Assembly: GCF_002441855.2 (NCBI RefSeq)
Contig: NZ_CP029487.1
Coordinates: 3,366,349-3,398,348, forward strand
DNA: 32,000 nt
Source of the DNA: Eubacterium maltosivorans
GTDB lineage: Bacteria > Bacillota > Clostridia > Eubacteriales > Eubacteriaceae
Direction of reading: 5' to 3'
Below, in pieces: positions 31,169 to 32,000 of the stretch (positions are counted from its first letter, which is position 1; every line of letters starts with the position of its first letter). A model generated the notes under the pieces. The model did not search any database. It was given only the letters and a program-made list of their open reading frames with translations, and was not told where the DNA came from. Position numbers and translations under genes: made by a program.

Positions 31169-32000
31169 TGTGGAATAATGAAAAAAAGAAATCTCCAATG
31201 CGATTTCTAACATACAGTTTCATAGGCCTTCTAATCTTTAGTGTAGTTGTTTTTACGCTTTTAGGAATTCATATGAATCGAGAGAGCAAAGAGGCATTTT
31301 ATGAAGTTGGAGAAATCTATATGTCTGGAATGAATCAGCAAATGTCAGAACATTTTGAGTCTGTAATTAAACTGCGTTTTGATCAGGTTAATAGTATTGT
31401 TTCTGTTGTTTCAGAAGAGAGAAACAGTGAAAATCTATACGATGAACTCATTTACAGATCGCTGGCCAGAAATTTTGATTATTTAGCACTTTGCTCTGCT
31501 AAAGGAGAGTTTGAAACGCTTTATGGACAACCAGTACAGCCGATTAACCCATCTCCTTTTGTGGAATCCTTAATACAGGGAGAGCAGAGAGTTGCGGTAG
31601 GGATGGATGCAACTGGAAAAGAAGTAGTATTGTTTGGTGTTGATGCTAATTATCCTATGTCGAATGGTGATAGATGTACAGGCCTGATCGCAGCTGTACC
31701 ATTAGACTATATCACCAATTTTCTTTCACTAGAGGGAGAAGATCAATTAATGTACTACCATATTATCCGGCCAGATGGCAGTTTTGTAATCAGAAATTCC
31801 AATACAGAGTTATGGGAATTTTTTGATTTATTGCAAAATCAGGCTGATCCAGCATCAAGTGAATCAATTATGGATTCTTCTCTTAAAGAATTTGCTGTTG
31901 CGTTAGAAGATAATGACATGTACGATACAACTCTTAAAATAAAAGGTAAAGAGCTGCAAGTTTGCGTCACTCCTTTACCATGTTCAGAGTGGTATCTGGT
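31168..32000 (+). CDS. Membrane sensor protein with a Cache-like extracytoplasmic domain (N-terminal part; runs off the right edge)
   Basis: Translated by hand. The reading frame is open from the ATG at 31168, which shares its A with the Hpt TGA, to the window end: MWNNEKKKSPMRFLTYSFIGLLIFSVVVFTLLGIHMNRESKEAFYEVGEIYMSGMNQQ... It has one TM helix followed by a periplasmic-type sensor fold. It is absent from the track because no stop codon is reached. Confidence 0.65.
   Translation, partial: MWNNEKKKSPMRFLTYSFIGLLIFSVVVFTLLGIHMNRESKEAFYEVGEIYMSGMNQQMSEHFESVIKLRFDQVNSIVSVVSEERNSENLYDELIYRSLARNFDYLALCSAKGEFETLYGQPVQPINPSPFVESLIQGEQRVAVGMDATGKEVVLFGVDANYPMSNGDRCTGLIAAVPLDYITNFLSLEGEDQLMYYHIIRPDGSFVIRNSNTELWEFFDLLQNQADPASSESIMDSSLKEFAVALEDNDMYDTTLKIKGKELQVCVTPLPCSEWYL

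Noticed and set aside
1-32000. CRISPR arrays, rRNA or tRNA genes, IS elements, and integrase or recombinase genes
   Set aside because: I saw no regularly spaced direct repeats, no rRNA- or tRNA-like conserved segments, no transposase-like ORFs with terminal inverted repeats, and no tyrosine- or serine-recombinase motifs in any listed ORF.

Overview
Most of this window (about 1-26700) is a Firmicutes-type integrative conjugative element, or a conjugative-plasmid-like island. It abuts AT-rich host DNA on the right.

Gene order, left to right:
- A partial XRE repressor, divergent from a small ORF plus an Xis-like HTH gene (an ICEBs1-like switch).
- A DUF3991/Toprim primase-like gene.
- A sortase-dependent pilus cassette: LPXTG adhesin, backbone pilin, class C sortase and a small membrane protein.
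- A low-GC islet carrying an opposite-strand PBECR-like nuclease gene.
- ParA and ParB.
- A run of small genes of unknown function, all pointing at a putative oriT. It includes a YodL-like protein, ArdA fused to DUF3846, and two further DUF3846 paralogs.
- MobC and a MobA/VirD2-type relaxase.
- PcfB, an ArdC-N-like protein, the VirD4 coupling ATPase, Maff2 and a VirB6/TrbL-like protein.
- An inverted membrane gene, a PrgI/VirB3-like protein, VirB4, and an SLT+CHAP cell-wall hydrolase.

After a strong terminator (26372-26413) the GC content collapses near 26.7 kb. Host-like genes follow: a tandem-duplicated GntR regulator, a REC-HD-GYP-GGDEF protein, an Hpt protein and a partial Cache-type sensor. 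I saw no rRNA, tRNA, CRISPR array, IS element or integrase in the window.

Observations most worth a second look:
1. Twelve cytoplasmic ICE proteins end in K/R-rich tails with a terminal Arg, which may be a T4SS substrate signal.
2. The block between ParB and oriT looks like a leading-region anti-defence island and contains a triplicated DUF3846 module.
3. The element carries its own sortase-assembled pilus.
4. An orphan terminator sits directly against the parA ribosome-binding site.
5. The right junction is abrupt and no recombinase gene is visible.

All functional calls rest on motif recognition by eye; no database search was run.
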